Assembly (NCBI GenBank): GCA_039587315.1
Contig: JBDHIS010000014.1
Location: 678-64,677 of the forward strand
DNA length: 64,000 nucleotides
Direction: 5' to 3'
Source of the DNA: Gemmatimonadota bacterium
GTDB taxonomy: Bacteria; Gemmatimonadota; Gemmatimonadetes; Gemmatimonadales; GWC2-71-9
The notes under the pieces: model-generated
What the model was told of the DNA's origin: nothing
Databases searched by the model: none
Seen by the model: only the letters and a program-made list of their open reading frames with translations
In this document: positions 8,686-18,563 of the stretch, one piece after another
Layout: every line of letters begins with the position of its first letter
Position numbering within the stretch: the first letter of the stretch is position 1
Position numbers and translations under genes: made by a program

Positions 8686-10530
8686 ATGGCCGACTCATCG
8701 AGCACGATTTCGTCCGCACGGTTCATCGTCCGCGCCTTCGGGACCGTGCGCCGCAGCCTCTCGGCTATGCTGTGGTACGAGCTGTTCTTCAAGCTGCTCG
8801 CCGCAGCGGTCCTCGCGCCGCTCGCTGCGCGCTTGATGACGGCGTTCATCCGGTCCACCGGCAGCGTCGCCGTGTCGAACGAAGCCATAGTCGGGTTCCT
8901 CACGTCCCCACGCGGCCTCGCGGCCGTCGTCGTGGTGGGCGCCGTCTCGCTCGCGATCCTGTTCTTCGAGGTGGCGGGACTGATCCTGATTGCCGGTGCA
9001 ACCGAGCGCGGCGAGCGGGCCGACCCTTGGCGGACGCTGCGCGCGGTGGGACGGCGCTTCCCACGACTGGTGAACCTGGGAGCGCTCCTGCTCGTGGGCG
9101 TTCTGCTTGTTCTGGCACCGTTCGCTGCGGGCATCTGGCTGGTCAAGAGCCGGCTGCTCTCAGAGAGCGACATCTACTTCTACATTACCGTGCGGCCCCC
9201 GGAGTTCTGGGTGGCGGCTGGGCTCGCCGGCGTCATCGCGCTCGCCGGGTTCCTCGCCTTCGCGATGCTCTACGTGCGCTGGATCCTGGCGCTGCCGGTC
9301 CTGCTGTTCGAGAGCTCACGTCCGTGGTCCGCGCTGTGGCGCAGTTGGCGTCTGGTCCGGCCCGGCTGGAGGCCCGTCGCCGGAGCCATGATCGGCTGGC
9401 TCCTGATTGCCGTGGCGCTGGGGACTCTGGCGCAGTTCCTGTTCGATGCGAGCGCCGGGGGCGTGCTCGGTCTGGGTGGCGACCGCACCGGCTTCGTGAT
9501 CGCCGCGGTGGCCGGCCTCGTCGCGCTTCACGTCGTGGGCTCCGCCCTACTGTCGGCTTTGGTGCTCACCGTAGATGGGTCGCTCGTGGCGCACGTGTAC
9601 TTCGCGCTGGCCGAGCCGTCGGCCGAAGCACTCCCGGGCGACCTCTCGGCTCACCGTCCTCCGCGCACATCGTCCCTGCGGCTAGCTTGGCTGGCGGTGC
9701 TGGCCTTCCTCGCCGTGGCGGCGGTTGCGTCCGCCAGGGCGATCGGCCGCCTCGACCTCGACAGGCAGGTGGCCGTGACGGCGCACCGCGGCAGCTCCGT
9801 TACAGCCCCGGAGAACACGCTCTCCGCAGTCAGCCAGGCCATCGCTGACGGAGCGGACTACGCCGAGATCGACGTGCAGCTATCCGCCGACAGCGCAGTT
9901 GTCGTCATACACGACGTCGACGTGCGGCGCGTCGCCGGGATCAGCGGCTTGGTATCCGACATGACCCTCGCGGAGCTGCGCCAGCTCGACGTCGGCAGCT
10001 GGTTCTCGGCGGAGTTCGCCGGCGAGCCGCTGCCCACTCTGCAAGAGGTCATCGACCTCGCGCGGGGACGCATCAAGCTCAACATCGAGCTCAAGATGAC
10101 GGGTTCCCCGGAGGGGCTCGTGGAGCGCGTAGTGGCGCTGGTCGAGCGCAACGACTTCGGAGAGGAGTCCGTGATCACTTCGCTGAACGAGGCCGCGGTT
10201 CGAGCCGTGAAGCGGCGTGCCCCGGATCTGAGAGTTGGCTTCATCGTGGCGACCGCGATCGGGGATCCGACCAGAATGCAGGTGGATCTCCTCGCCGTCA
10301 GCACCCAGTTCCTGTCTGCCGGCCTCATCAGGAGGGCCCATCGCCGCAACATGGAAGTTCATGTCTGGACGGTTAACACCCGCCAGAGGATGTGGGCCAT
10401 GATCGAACGGGGAGTGGACAACATCATGACGGACTACCCCCCGCGCCTCCTCGAGGTAATCGAGGAGCGCGCAGAGCTGAACAACGCCGAGAAGGTGCTG
10501 CTGGCGTTCAGGAGTTGGTTGGCAGAGTAG
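8686..10530 (+). CDS. glycerophosphodiester phosphodiesterase with N-terminal membrane domain
   Basis: AHRG..APENT, EIDVQLSAD, HD, NIELK, VWTVN, IMTDYP; hydrophobic N-terminal half. Confidence 0.9.
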   Translation: MADSSSTISSARFIVRAFGTVRRSLSAMLWYELFFKLLAAAVLAPLAARLMTAFIRSTGSVAVSNEAIVGFLTSPRGLAAVVVVGAVSLAILFFEVAGLILIAGATERGERADPWRTLRAVGRRFPRLVNLGALLLVGVLLVLAPFAAGIWLVKSRLLSESDIYFYITVRPPEFWVAAGLAGVIALAGFLAFAMLYVRWILALPVLLFESSRPWSALWRSWRLVRPGWRPVAGAMIGWLLIAVALGTLAQFLFDASAGGVLGLGGDRTGFVIAAVAGLVALHVVGSALLSALVLTVDGSLVAHVYFALAEPSAEALPGDLSAHRPPRTSSLRLAWLAVLAFLAVAAVASARAIGRLDLDRQVAVTAHRGSSVTAPENTLSAVSQAIADGADYAEIDVQLSADSAVVVIHDVDVRRVAGISGLVSDMTLAELRQLDVGSWFSAEFAGEPLPTLQEVIDLARGRIKLNIELKMTGSPEGLVERVVALVERNDFGEESVITSLNEAAVRAVKRRAPDLRVGFIVATAIGDPTRMQVDLLAVSTQFLSAGLIRRAHRRNMEVHVWTVNTRQRMWAMIERGVDNIMTDYPPRLLEVIEERAELNNAEKVLLAFRSWLAE

Positions 10531-10595
10531 GTGTGGTCACAACTGAGGCGGCGCTCGCCGCGCCAGGAATCAGAGTGACCCGGGCCGAGCCGCTG

Positions 10596-11759
10596 TTACA
10601 CGGGATGACCCGCGCAGTGAGCGAATGGGCAGGCCGCTCGGGAGCCCGACCGCTGCGTCAAACTGTTCTTGAGACGAGCGGGCTGCCACTCGACACGCAT
10701 GTCATCGAGCCTTTCGCCGACGACCTGAATCCGATCCTCTCGGAGTTCCCCGAGCCCCATCTCGTACGCCATCTGTAGCTGGATCATTGCCGGCGCGTCA
10801 TGACTCATTATGCGCGCCGCGGTCGCGTCGGCGGCAACGAGATCCGTGGATGCGAGCAGCAACCACGATCCAAGTCGTTGACGCAGATCCACAGTGCGCC
10901 CGCTTCCCTGCCCTGCGCCGGGGCCGTCCCCCTCGACGCCATAGGAGAAGTCGATGATGGCGAGGTCGGGCTTCACCCCGTTCACAACGTCGAGGTAAAT
11001 CTCCGCTATCGACCGGGCGCTGCTGTGGTCGAGGACCCCACCCCGGTCCCAGTAGCCCCCGTCCTCTATCCACGTGCCGTAGCGCTCCAAGGATGTAACC
11101 CCGACGAAGTTCTTCAGCGACAGCGTGAGCTGCGCCCAGGAGTGGGTCTTGGCTACGGGTATCGAAATCACGCGATCAGCCCGTGCGACGAGACTGGAGA
11201 CGGCAATGGTGCCCAGGTAGGTGCGAGACGGAAGCTCCACCCAGCCGGGTGAATCCGCTTCGAGAGACGCCACCCGCACCTGTCCCTCGTAGATCGAGCT
11301 GAGCCGCGCCGCCTCGCGAACGAGATTGGTGGAGCCATCCAGCGTCGTCGCGAGGCTCCAGTCGAACGTCGGCATCTGCGATCCGTCGCCGATGACGACC
11401 TCCGCCGCGCCCGCGCGCAGGCACTCTTCAGCGACGGCTACGATGATCTCTGGCTTCGTACACTCACCGGCGATGAATCGGTTGCTCTGACCCGCCCACG
11501 GAAGCGTCACCATGTTGGGCTTGATGAAGACACTCTCGCCTTCGTGGACGACCCGCCCGATACCCCCCACGCCCTCCAGCACGTCACGGGTCATGTTATC
11601 CAGATTGTCGCCTCGGGAAGCTGCAACCAGTGCCGTCGGCTCTACCGGGCCGGTGGCCCCACAGCCACCGGCTGCCCCGAGTGCGGCGCCCCCCACTGCG
11701 AGAGCAGACGTGCGGACAAAATCCCGTCGAGTAATGCCAGAAGTGGAAGAGGTCGTCAC
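10596..11759 (-). CDS. DUF362 domain protein with Tat signal
   Basis: TRRDFVR twin-arginine, VFIKPN, PVAKTH, TLSLKN, DLVAADA; GTG at 11759 with GGAGG. Confidence 0.85.
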   Translation of the reverse strand: MTTSSTSGITRRDFVRTSALAVGGAALGAAGGCGATGPVEPTALVAASRGDNLDNMTRDVLEGVGGIGRVVHEGESVFIKPNMVTLPWAGQSNRFIAGECTKPEIIVAVAEECLRAGAAEVVIGDGSQMPTFDWSLATTLDGSTNLVREAARLSSIYEGQVRVASLEADSPGWVELPSRTYLGTIAVSSLVARADRVISIPVAKTHSWAQLTLSLKNFVGVTSLERYGTWIEDGGYWDRGGVLDHSSARSIAEIYLDVVNGVKPDLAIIDFSYGVEGDGPGAGQGSGRTVDLRQRLGSWLLLASTDLVAADATAARIMSHDAPAMIQLQMAYEMGLGELREDRIQVVGERLDDMRVEWQPARLKNSLTQRSGSRAACPFAHCAGHPV

Positions 11760-11970
11760 GGTCTGCCTCCGATCCTCCACGAGTGCCGCCGGCACGCTTC
11801 TTTGGTACCTCTACCCCAGAGTACAGCCGAGGTGCAGCCGGGGTTTCGCGGTCGGAGTGCGTCATTGGGATAGCCACGGTCGGTATTGGTTGGGAGGCGG
11901 GCCCGGCACGTGTCGCACTCCCTCGCGCGAGGATATGTTTGCGGGCGCCTGAGAAATCGAGGAGAATAGC

Positions 11971-13839
11971 ATGCTCCGGACAACCAGCCTTGCAGCGACC
12001 TGCATCCTGACGGCATGGTGCGTGGCTCTCACCGCTCCAGCCAGCGCCGCCCAGCAGGTCGAACGACTGGTCGGGCCTCCGATCCAGGTAGCAGACGATC
12101 AATTCGAGGTCACCGGAGAGTTGGGCGAGTTCCGGGCGCGTCTGCACTCGGAGCGGCCGGGACCGGGAATCCAGGTAGTGAGGGTCCGGATCGAATCGGC
12201 CACTGCGGCCGAGCCGCCGGAGTTCACCGTGAGGTGGAGCATCCCCTCCGTGGACATCGCCGCGTTCTGGAACACCAACCTCAACAACGACCGTATCAAC
12301 TACTACCGCACGGGCGTGGAATCCCGCGCGTCGAGCGGAGCACCGGTGATCGCGCTCTACAACAGCGCGGACGCGAATCGGATCACGGTCGCGGTATCCG
12401 ATGCGCTGAACAAGGTGAACATGCGGGCGTACCTGCGGGAGGAAGACGCCCGGTTCCACTACTCGATCACGTTTCTGCGGGAACGCAGCCCGGCGACGAC
12501 CGAATACGAGGCCGAGATCCGCATCGATACGAGGAGTATTCCTTATTATGAGGCGCTCTCAGGAGTGGCCGAATGGTGGGCCGGGAAACCCAACTACACG
12601 CCCGCCCCCGTCCCCGACGCCGCGCGCTGGCCCATGTACTCCACCTGGTATTCGTTCCATCAGAACCTGGATGTCGAGGAGGTGTTGGCGGAGCTCCGCA
12701 TCGCCAAGACGCTGGGATACGACGCGGTGATCGTGGACGACGGGTGGCAGACGCTGGACAGCCAGCGCGGTTACCGTTACACCGGCGACTGGGAGCCCGA
12801 GCGTATTCCCGACATGCGTGGGTTCGTAGACAGCGTCCACGCGCTCGGTATGGACTTCCTGCTCTGGTACTCGGTTCCGCTGGTCGGGGAGGAAGCCAGG
12901 AACTTCGAGCGCTTCCAAAGCATGTACCTGCGGCACTGGGAGAGCCAGGGCGCCTGGGTCCTGGATCCCCGCTACCCGGAGGTTCGGGAGTTCATCATCG
13001 GCACCTACGTTCGGGCAATGGAAGAGTGGGAACTCGACGGCTTCAAGCTGGACTTCATCGGTTTCTTCGCCGCGACGGACGAGACCGTTCTAGAGGCAGG
13101 TGACGGCCGGGATTACGCTTCGGTCAACGAGGCAGTGGACCGGCTCATGACCGACGTGATGGCGCGGCTGCGCGCGGAAAACCCGGAGGTGCTCGTCGAG
13201 TTCCGCCAGCCTTACGTCGGGCCCCTGATGCGCAAGTACGGCAACATGTTCCGGGGAGTCGACGCTCCGAACAACGCGATCGCCAACCGGGCCGAAGTCA
13301 CCAATATCCGCCTGTTGAGCGGCAACACCGCAGTTCATTCCGACATGCTGGAGTGGCACGCGGAGGACACGATGGAGTCGGCGGCGCTCCAGCTGCTCAA
13401 CATCATGTTCAGCGTGCCGCAACTCTCGGTACGACTAACGCAGGTGCCCGAAGATCACATCGAGATGATCTCCTTCTGGACCCATTATTGGCGCGACAAC
13501 CGCGCCGTGCTGTTGGACGGAAAGTTCGTCCCGGTTAATCCCGGGGCGATGTACCCCGTGATCACGGCGGCTCGTGACGGCACGGCGATCGTAGGTGTGT
13601 TCAACGACATGCTCGTGACGTTGCCCGAGGGTCAGTTCACGAGAGTGGACCTCATCAACGCGAAGGGGACGAGCACGCTGGCCGTCCTCATCCACAGGGA
13701 CATGGGCCCAATGGAGATCACAACGTACGATACCAGGGGTCGCCTTGTCGCCGAGGATACGCGCGAACTGGCAGCCGGCCTGCACCGGTTCGAGGCTCCC
13801 GCGTCCGGCCTGGTGAGCATCCGTGAAGTGGGAAGCTAG
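11971..13839 (+). CDS. secreted glycoside hydrolase family 36 (alpha-galactosidase-like)
   Basis: Signal peptide; YSTWYS, IVDDGWQ, GDW, GFKLDF (nucleophile Asp). Confidence 0.88.
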   Translation: MLRTTSLAATCILTAWCVALTAPASAAQQVERLVGPPIQVADDQFEVTGELGEFRARLHSERPGPGIQVVRVRIESATAAEPPEFTVRWSIPSVDIAAFWNTNLNNDRINYYRTGVESRASSGAPVIALYNSADANRITVAVSDALNKVNMRAYLREEDARFHYSITFLRERSPATTEYEAEIRIDTRSIPYYEALSGVAEWWAGKPNYTPAPVPDAARWPMYSTWYSFHQNLDVEEVLAELRIAKTLGYDAVIVDDGWQTLDSQRGYRYTGDWEPERIPDMRGFVDSVHALGMDFLLWYSVPLVGEEARNFERFQSMYLRHWESQGAWVLDPRYPEVREFIIGTYVRAMEEWELDGFKLDFIGFFAATDETVLEAGDGRDYASVNEAVDRLMTDVMARLRAENPEVLVEFRQPYVGPLMRKYGNMFRGVDAPNNAIANRAEVTNIRLLSGNTAVHSDMLEWHAEDTMESAALQLLNIMFSVPQLSVRLTQVPEDHIEMISFWTHYWRDNRAVLLDGKFVPVNPGAMYPVITAARDGTAIVGVFNDMLVTLPEGQFTRVDLINAKGTSTLAVLIHRDMGPMEITTYDTRGRLVAEDTRELAAGLHRFEAPASGLVSIREVGS

Positions 13840-14339
13840 CGGCCGTCGACTGTTTCGCCGAGCGGATGCTGCGCCAGACCCTCGCTGATCTTCGGGTGAG
13901 CGCGCCACAGATAATACCCAATACCGGCGGCCGCAATGAGGTTGCCAAGGGCAACCGCCCACCAGGCCAGCGCACCCAGGAGCGACTGGGCCACGACGGC
14001 CACTAGAACGTAGAACCCGAATTCGAAGATCGCGAAGAACACGACCGCCAGGAACAACGTCGAGGGAAAGCCCTCTGCAAGCGACGCCAGGCCGGCGGCG
14101 ATCGTGCCCACGACGCAGAACGCCAACAGGTGGATCATCGTGTATCCGATCACGGCGGCGAAGGTGACTTGCACCTGCGCCGGATCACGAGCTCCCCAGA
14201 AGACTGCGGACCCGAGCATGGCCGGCGTGAAGAACGGCCTGCCGGCCACCAGGTCGACGATCAGGAACCAGAGCGCGACCGCGGCGGCGCCGATCAGGCC
14301 GCCGACAAGGCCCTCCTTCAAGATCCGCTGTGATCCCAT
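13836..14339 (-). CDS. hypothetical membrane protein (about 4 TM)
   Basis: Hydrophobic ORF; stop overlaps the convergent GH36 stop. Confidence 0.7.
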   Translation of the reverse strand: MGSQRILKEGLVGGLIGAAAVALWFLIVDLVAGRPFFTPAMLGSAVFWGARDPAQVQVTFAAVIGYTMIHLLAFCVVGTIAAGLASLAEGFPSTLFLAVVFFAIFEFGFYVLVAVVAQSLLGALAWWAVALGNLIAAAGIGYYLWRAHPKISEGLAQHPLGETVDGR

Positions 14340-14474
14340 AAGCCCCCAGGGTTCAGAGACGAACCGTCGCCCCACGGCTCAAAACAAGAGTGAATCGGTA
14401 GGATACCATGTGGCCGGCCGGCAGAATTGGCAAGGCACTTCCCCCCGACGGCACAGTCGTCCGCCTCGTCCGGG

Positions 14475-15236
14475 CTACCGCTTGCGCTTCCTCGCGGCAT
14501 CCAGGTCCAGCATCTTCACGCCGCCGGCGTAGTCTGTGACCGGCGCCGCACTCAGCTCCGTGATGCGCTTTATGTCCTGCGCTATGCGGAGTCCGGCCTC
14601 GTGAACGCGTTTGGCCACGGCTCGCTGCTCCTCGTTCAGACCGGAATCCTCGGCTACCAGTTGCTGCGCGTCGGCGACTATCGTCGTCAGCGAGTTGTTC
14701 ACCTCGTGCCGGATAGTCACGGCCAGCTGCTCGACCGCCTCCACTCGCTCGGACTCCAGCAAAGCGTCTTCCGCACGCCTGCGCTCGGTGATGTCCTCGA
14801 CCATGGCCAGGCCATAGAGCGGCTTCCCTGACTCGTTGCGGATAACCGTTGCGGTGAGACTGGCCCAGACGGATGCGCCCGTCTTCGTCAGGTACCGCTT
14901 TTCGATCTGGTAGAACGGGATCTCGCCATCGAAGACGTGCTCGGCGAGTTTTACGTCCTTCTCGACATCGTCGGGGTGAGTGATCTGGGGGAACGTGACC
15001 CCTTCCAGCTCGGCCTCGGTGTAACCCAGCATCTCACGGAACCGGGCATTCACTCTGGTGAAACGGTAGTCCCTGTCCACCATGGCCATGCCCAGTGGCC
15101 CCTCGTCGAAGATGCGGCGGAACCGCTGTTCATCCTCGCGCAGCTCCGCCACGAGAGCCTCCAGCTCGGCAACGCGGCGCCGCAACACATCCAGCTCCTT
15201 CGAGTGCTCGCCGCTGGGTTTCTTTCTTGGGTTCAT
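14475..15236 (-). CDS. PAS/PAC sensor with HisKA-like H-box but no HATPase domain
   Basis: Coiled coil, PAS (VNARF..MLGY..ITHPDD), PAC (EDITER), H-box IRHEVNNSLT; the protein ends about 65 aa later. Confidence 0.85.
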   Translation of the reverse strand: MNPRKKPSGEHSKELDVLRRRVAELEALVAELREDEQRFRRIFDEGPLGMAMVDRDYRFTRVNARFREMLGYTEAELEGVTFPQITHPDDVEKDVKLAEHVFDGEIPFYQIEKRYLTKTGASVWASLTATVIRNESGKPLYGLAMVEDITERRRAEDALLESERVEAVEQLAVTIRHEVNNSLTTIVADAQQLVAEDSGLNEEQRAVAKRVHEAGLRIAQDIKRITELSAAPVTDYAGGVKMLDLDAARKRKR

Positions 15237-15403
15237 CCCAATCCTCACCAGTCCGCCGACGGGATCTCGCCCCGGCCGCTTCGCCGAGCGTACCAGACCG
15301 TAACCCTCCGGTGCGAATCAGTGCAAGTGCATCCGGTCCGGCCGGCAGTTGCACCTGGAGACCCGCCCGCTATCCTTCAGGCTGACTTCAAAGGAGAACC
15401 ACG

Positions 15404-15982
15404 GTGGGAGCATTGGATGTTCGAAAGCGGTCTCTTGGGACGCTCGCGGTCTCGGCCCTCGCGCTGGCCGCGGCCGCCTGTCAGGGCGGCCAGGCAGCCG
15501 GTGACGCCGGCCCGCTGCCCGCGGAAATTCACGGGATGGAACTCGTCGAGGTGCTGAGCGGCCCCGAAGCCGGCGGGATACTGGAGCACATGCACGCTTC
15601 TGGCACGGCGCCGGAGGCGGAGAACTACGTCGGCCACTACGGCACCGAGGAGATGGGCGCCGTCCTATACTGGAGCCGTTTCGCCACCGCCGACGAGGCC
15701 GGCGAACAGCGCGTCGCCATGGCGCGGGGGATACGCAGCGGGGTCGGAGGGTTCGGACACACGATCCGGTTCAGGGCCGGCTCAAAATGGGTGCAGATCA
15801 CCTTCGGACAGGGCAGAGTGCACTACTTCTGGGACGACGACGTAGACCTCGTCTGGCTCACGCTCAACGATGCGTCCGTGGCGCGCCCGGTGCTGGCCGA
15901 GATGCTGCAGACGACTGCGGATTCGGTTCCCACGTTCGAGGAGCTCATCTCCGGCCGCCCCACCGAGGAGGGCGGAACCTGA
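15404..15982 (+). CDS. hypothetical lipoprotein
   Basis: AAGGAG RBS; basic then hydrophobic N-terminus ending AAAC. Confidence 0.7.
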   Translation: MGALDVRKRSLGTLAVSALALAAAACQGGQAAGDAGPLPAEIHGMELVEVLSGPEAGGILEHMHASGTAPEAENYVGHYGTEEMGAVLYWSRFATADEAGEQRVAMARGIRSGVGGFGHTIRFRAGSKWVQITFGQGRVHYFWDDDVDLVWLTLNDASVARPVLAEMLQTTADSVPTFEELISGRPTEEGGT

Positions 15983-15998
15983 CCCGATAACATCAGCA

Positions 15999-17084
15999 AT
16001 GGGTGAACTCGAGCACCGCCTCGTACCACCGCCGACGCGCGGACATATCTCGGTCGCGCGGTTGGCCGGGTACTGGTACGTAGCGTGCCGGACTCCGGAG
16101 CTTCGCGACGCACCGTTGCGCCGCATACTCCTCGGTATCCCGATCGTGTTGTTCCGCGGCGGGCAGGGCGAAGTCGGCGCCCTGCTGGACCGTTGCCCGC
16201 ACCGCAATGTCCCACTCTCGCTCGGACGAGTCGTGGAGTCCGGCAACCTCGAGTGCCCCTACCACGGATGGCAATTCGACGGTGGCGGCGCCTGCAGGCT
16301 GGTGCCGGGGCTCGTCGGGGCCAGCGAAGCGAAGGGAAGGAGGGCCGATGCGTTTCCGGTCCGGGAGCAGGATGGACTGGTGTGGGTGTACGCGACTCCT
16401 GACTCACAGACGGAAACCGAGCCCTTCACACTACCTCTGACTTCCGAACGCGGCTATACGACGGTGGTGCGGGAGTTCGAGGTGAAGGGCTCGGTGCACG
16501 CCGCAGCCGAGAACGCCCTCGACGTGCCGCACACGGCGTTCCTGCACAAGGGACTCTTCCGCACCGGCAAGACGAAGAACCGGATCCGGGTGGAGGTGAA
16601 ACGCTGGCACGACCGGGTCGAGGCACAGTACCTCGACGAGCCACGCCCGCCCGGCCTCGCCGGCAGGCTCCTGTCGCCGAGCGGCGGCACGGTGGAGCAT
16701 TGGGATCGGTTCTTCCTCCCGTCCGTGACCCAGGTCGAGTACCGGCTGGGTTCCGAGAACCACGTGCTCGTCACCACGGCTCTGTCGCCCGTGACGGACT
16801 TCGTAACGCGTATGTTCGCCGTGATCAGCTTCAGGGTGCGACTTCCGGGTTGGCTGCTCAAGCCGATTCTCCAGCCGCTCGCCATGAAGATCTTTCGTCA
16901 GGACGCCGAGATCCTGGAGGCTCAGACGCGCACGATCCACGAATTCGGTGGCGAGCAATTCATGTCCACCGACGTGGACGTCCTGGGCCGCGAGATCTGG
17001 AGATTGTTGCGACAGGCGGAGCAGGGAGAGACGGCCGCTGCGGCGGGCTTGCCCGCGGTTCGACAGTTGGAGATGATGGTATAG
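15999..17084 (+). CDS. Rieske non-heme iron oxygenase alpha subunit (VanA/demethylase-like)
   Basis: DRCPHR..ECPYHGW Rieske motif; ENALDVPHTAFLH mononuclear Fe motif; C-terminal QD. Confidence 0.9.
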   Translation: MGELEHRLVPPPTRGHISVARLAGYWYVACRTPELRDAPLRRILLGIPIVLFRGGQGEVGALLDRCPHRNVPLSLGRVVESGNLECPYHGWQFDGGGACRLVPGLVGASEAKGRRADAFPVREQDGLVWVYATPDSQTETEPFTLPLTSERGYTTVVREFEVKGSVHAAAENALDVPHTAFLHKGLFRTGKTKNRIRVEVKRWHDRVEAQYLDEPRPPGLAGRLLSPSGGTVEHWDRFFLPSVTQVEYRLGSENHVLVTTALSPVTDFVTRMFAVISFRVRLPGWLLKPILQPLAMKIFRQDAEILEAQTRTIHEFGGEQFMSTDVDVLGREIWRLLRQAEQGETAAAAGLPAVRQLEMMV

Positions 17085-17133
17085 GCAAGACGGCATCCCT
17101 CATACGCTGAACACTTGTGGAGGAGGTGGTACG

Positions 17134-18534
17134 GTGGGTGGACTCTTCGGCGTTGCCTCCGCTGACGACTGCGTGGCGGATATCTTCTACGGCACGGACT
17201 ACCACTCTCATCTCGGCACCATGCGCGGCGGTCTCGCCGTTCGCAACGGCGGCGGCTTCGAGCGGTACATCCACGACATCACGAACGCGCAGTTCCGCAG
17301 CAAGTTCGAGGACGACCTTCCGAAGCTGAAGGGGGCGACGGGAATCGGAGTGATCAGCGACTTCGAGGATCAACCGCTGATCATAGGTTCCCACCACGGG
17401 GTCTACGCCATCGCCACAGTCGGGAAGGTGGACAACCTCGAGCCTCTGGTCTCGATGGCGCTGTCCAAGCCGGGACACCACTTCTCCGAGATGACCGGCG
17501 GCAACGTCAACCCGACCCAAGTCGTGGCCCACCTGATCGATCAGGGAGAGTCCTTCGAGGCGGGCATCGCGTACGCTCAGGAGGTCATCGAGGGCTCGTG
17601 CTCGATCCTGCTCCTGACCGACCGCGGGATCTACGCAGCCCGCGACCGCCTGGGACGAACGCCGCTGGCGATCGGTGAGAAGCAGGGCTCTTACGCCGTC
17701 ACCCTGGAGACCTGCGCGCTGCCCAACCTGGGGTTTCAGGTGTCTCGCTACCTCGGACCGGGAGAGATCGTCAGGGTAACGCAGGAGGGGGCCGAGCAGC
17801 TCGCGCCGCCGGGCAGTCGGATGCAGATCTGCGCCTTCCTCTGGGTCTACTACGGCTACCCCGCCTCGAGTTACGAGGACATCAACGTCGAGGCCACTCG
17901 CTATCGCTGCGGTCGGTTCCTGGCAGAGCGTGACGACCGGGAGGTAGACGTCGTCGCCGGAATCCCGGATTCAGGGGTGGCCCACGCCATCGGTTACGCC
18001 AACACGAAGGGGATCCCCTACCAGAGGCCCTTCGTGAAGTACACTCCCACGTGGCCCCGGAGCTTCATGCCGCAGGATCAGCGCGTGCGCGACCTGGTGG
18101 CCCGAATGAAGCTGATACCCATCCGGGAGTTGATAGAGCACAAACGGCTTCTCTTCTGTGAGGATTCCATCGTTCGGGGCACGCAACTCCAGGACATCAT
18201 CAGCCGGCTGTTCGATCACGGCGCCGACGAGATCCACATGCGTCCGGCGTGCCCGCCTCTCGTGTTCAGCTGCAAGTTCCTGAACTTCTCGCGCTCTCGC
18301 TCCGTGATGGATCTGGCGGGCCGAACGGCGGTGGCGGAGCTGGAGGGTGAGTCGACCGACAACCTCGCCGAGTTCGCGAATCCCGACACCGAGCGGCACT
18401 GCGCAATGGTGGAGAAGATCCGGGCGCGTCTCGGGCTGACGTCCCTTCAGTACCAACGGCTGGACGACCTCGTGGAGGCAATCGGACTACCCAAAGAGCA
18501 GGTCTGCACCTACTGCTGGGATGGTACCGAATAG
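17134..18534 (+). CDS. purF: amidophosphoribosyltransferase homologue lacking the N-terminal catalytic Cys
   Basis: ARDRLGRTPL, GIPDSG, RSFMP, EDSIVRGT PRPP loop, Fe-S Cys set (CAF, FSC, CTYC); N-terminus is MGGLFG rather than MCG. Confidence 0.85.
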   Translation: MGGLFGVASADDCVADIFYGTDYHSHLGTMRGGLAVRNGGGFERYIHDITNAQFRSKFEDDLPKLKGATGIGVISDFEDQPLIIGSHHGVYAIATVGKVDNLEPLVSMALSKPGHHFSEMTGGNVNPTQVVAHLIDQGESFEAGIAYAQEVIEGSCSILLLTDRGIYAARDRLGRTPLAIGEKQGSYAVTLETCALPNLGFQVSRYLGPGEIVRVTQEGAEQLAPPGSRMQICAFLWVYYGYPASSYEDINVEATRYRCGRFLAERDDREVDVVAGIPDSGVAHAIGYANTKGIPYQRPFVKYTPTWPRSFMPQDQRVRDLVARMKLIPIRELIEHKRLLFCEDSIVRGTQLQDIISRLFDHGADEIHMRPACPPLVFSCKFLNFSRSRSVMDLAGRTAVAELEGESTDNLAEFANPDTERHCAMVEKIRARLGLTSLQYQRLDDLVEAIGLPKEQVCTYCWDGTE

Positions 18535-18563
18535 CGGGGAGCGTCCGTAGACGCTGAGCGCTT

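Noticed and set aside
17116-17133. In-frame TGT-GGA (Cys-Gly) upstream of the purF-like start
   Set aside because: It overlaps the GGAGGAGG ribosome-binding site, has no start codon before it in the ORF track, and is six codons out of register with the Cys1 position.
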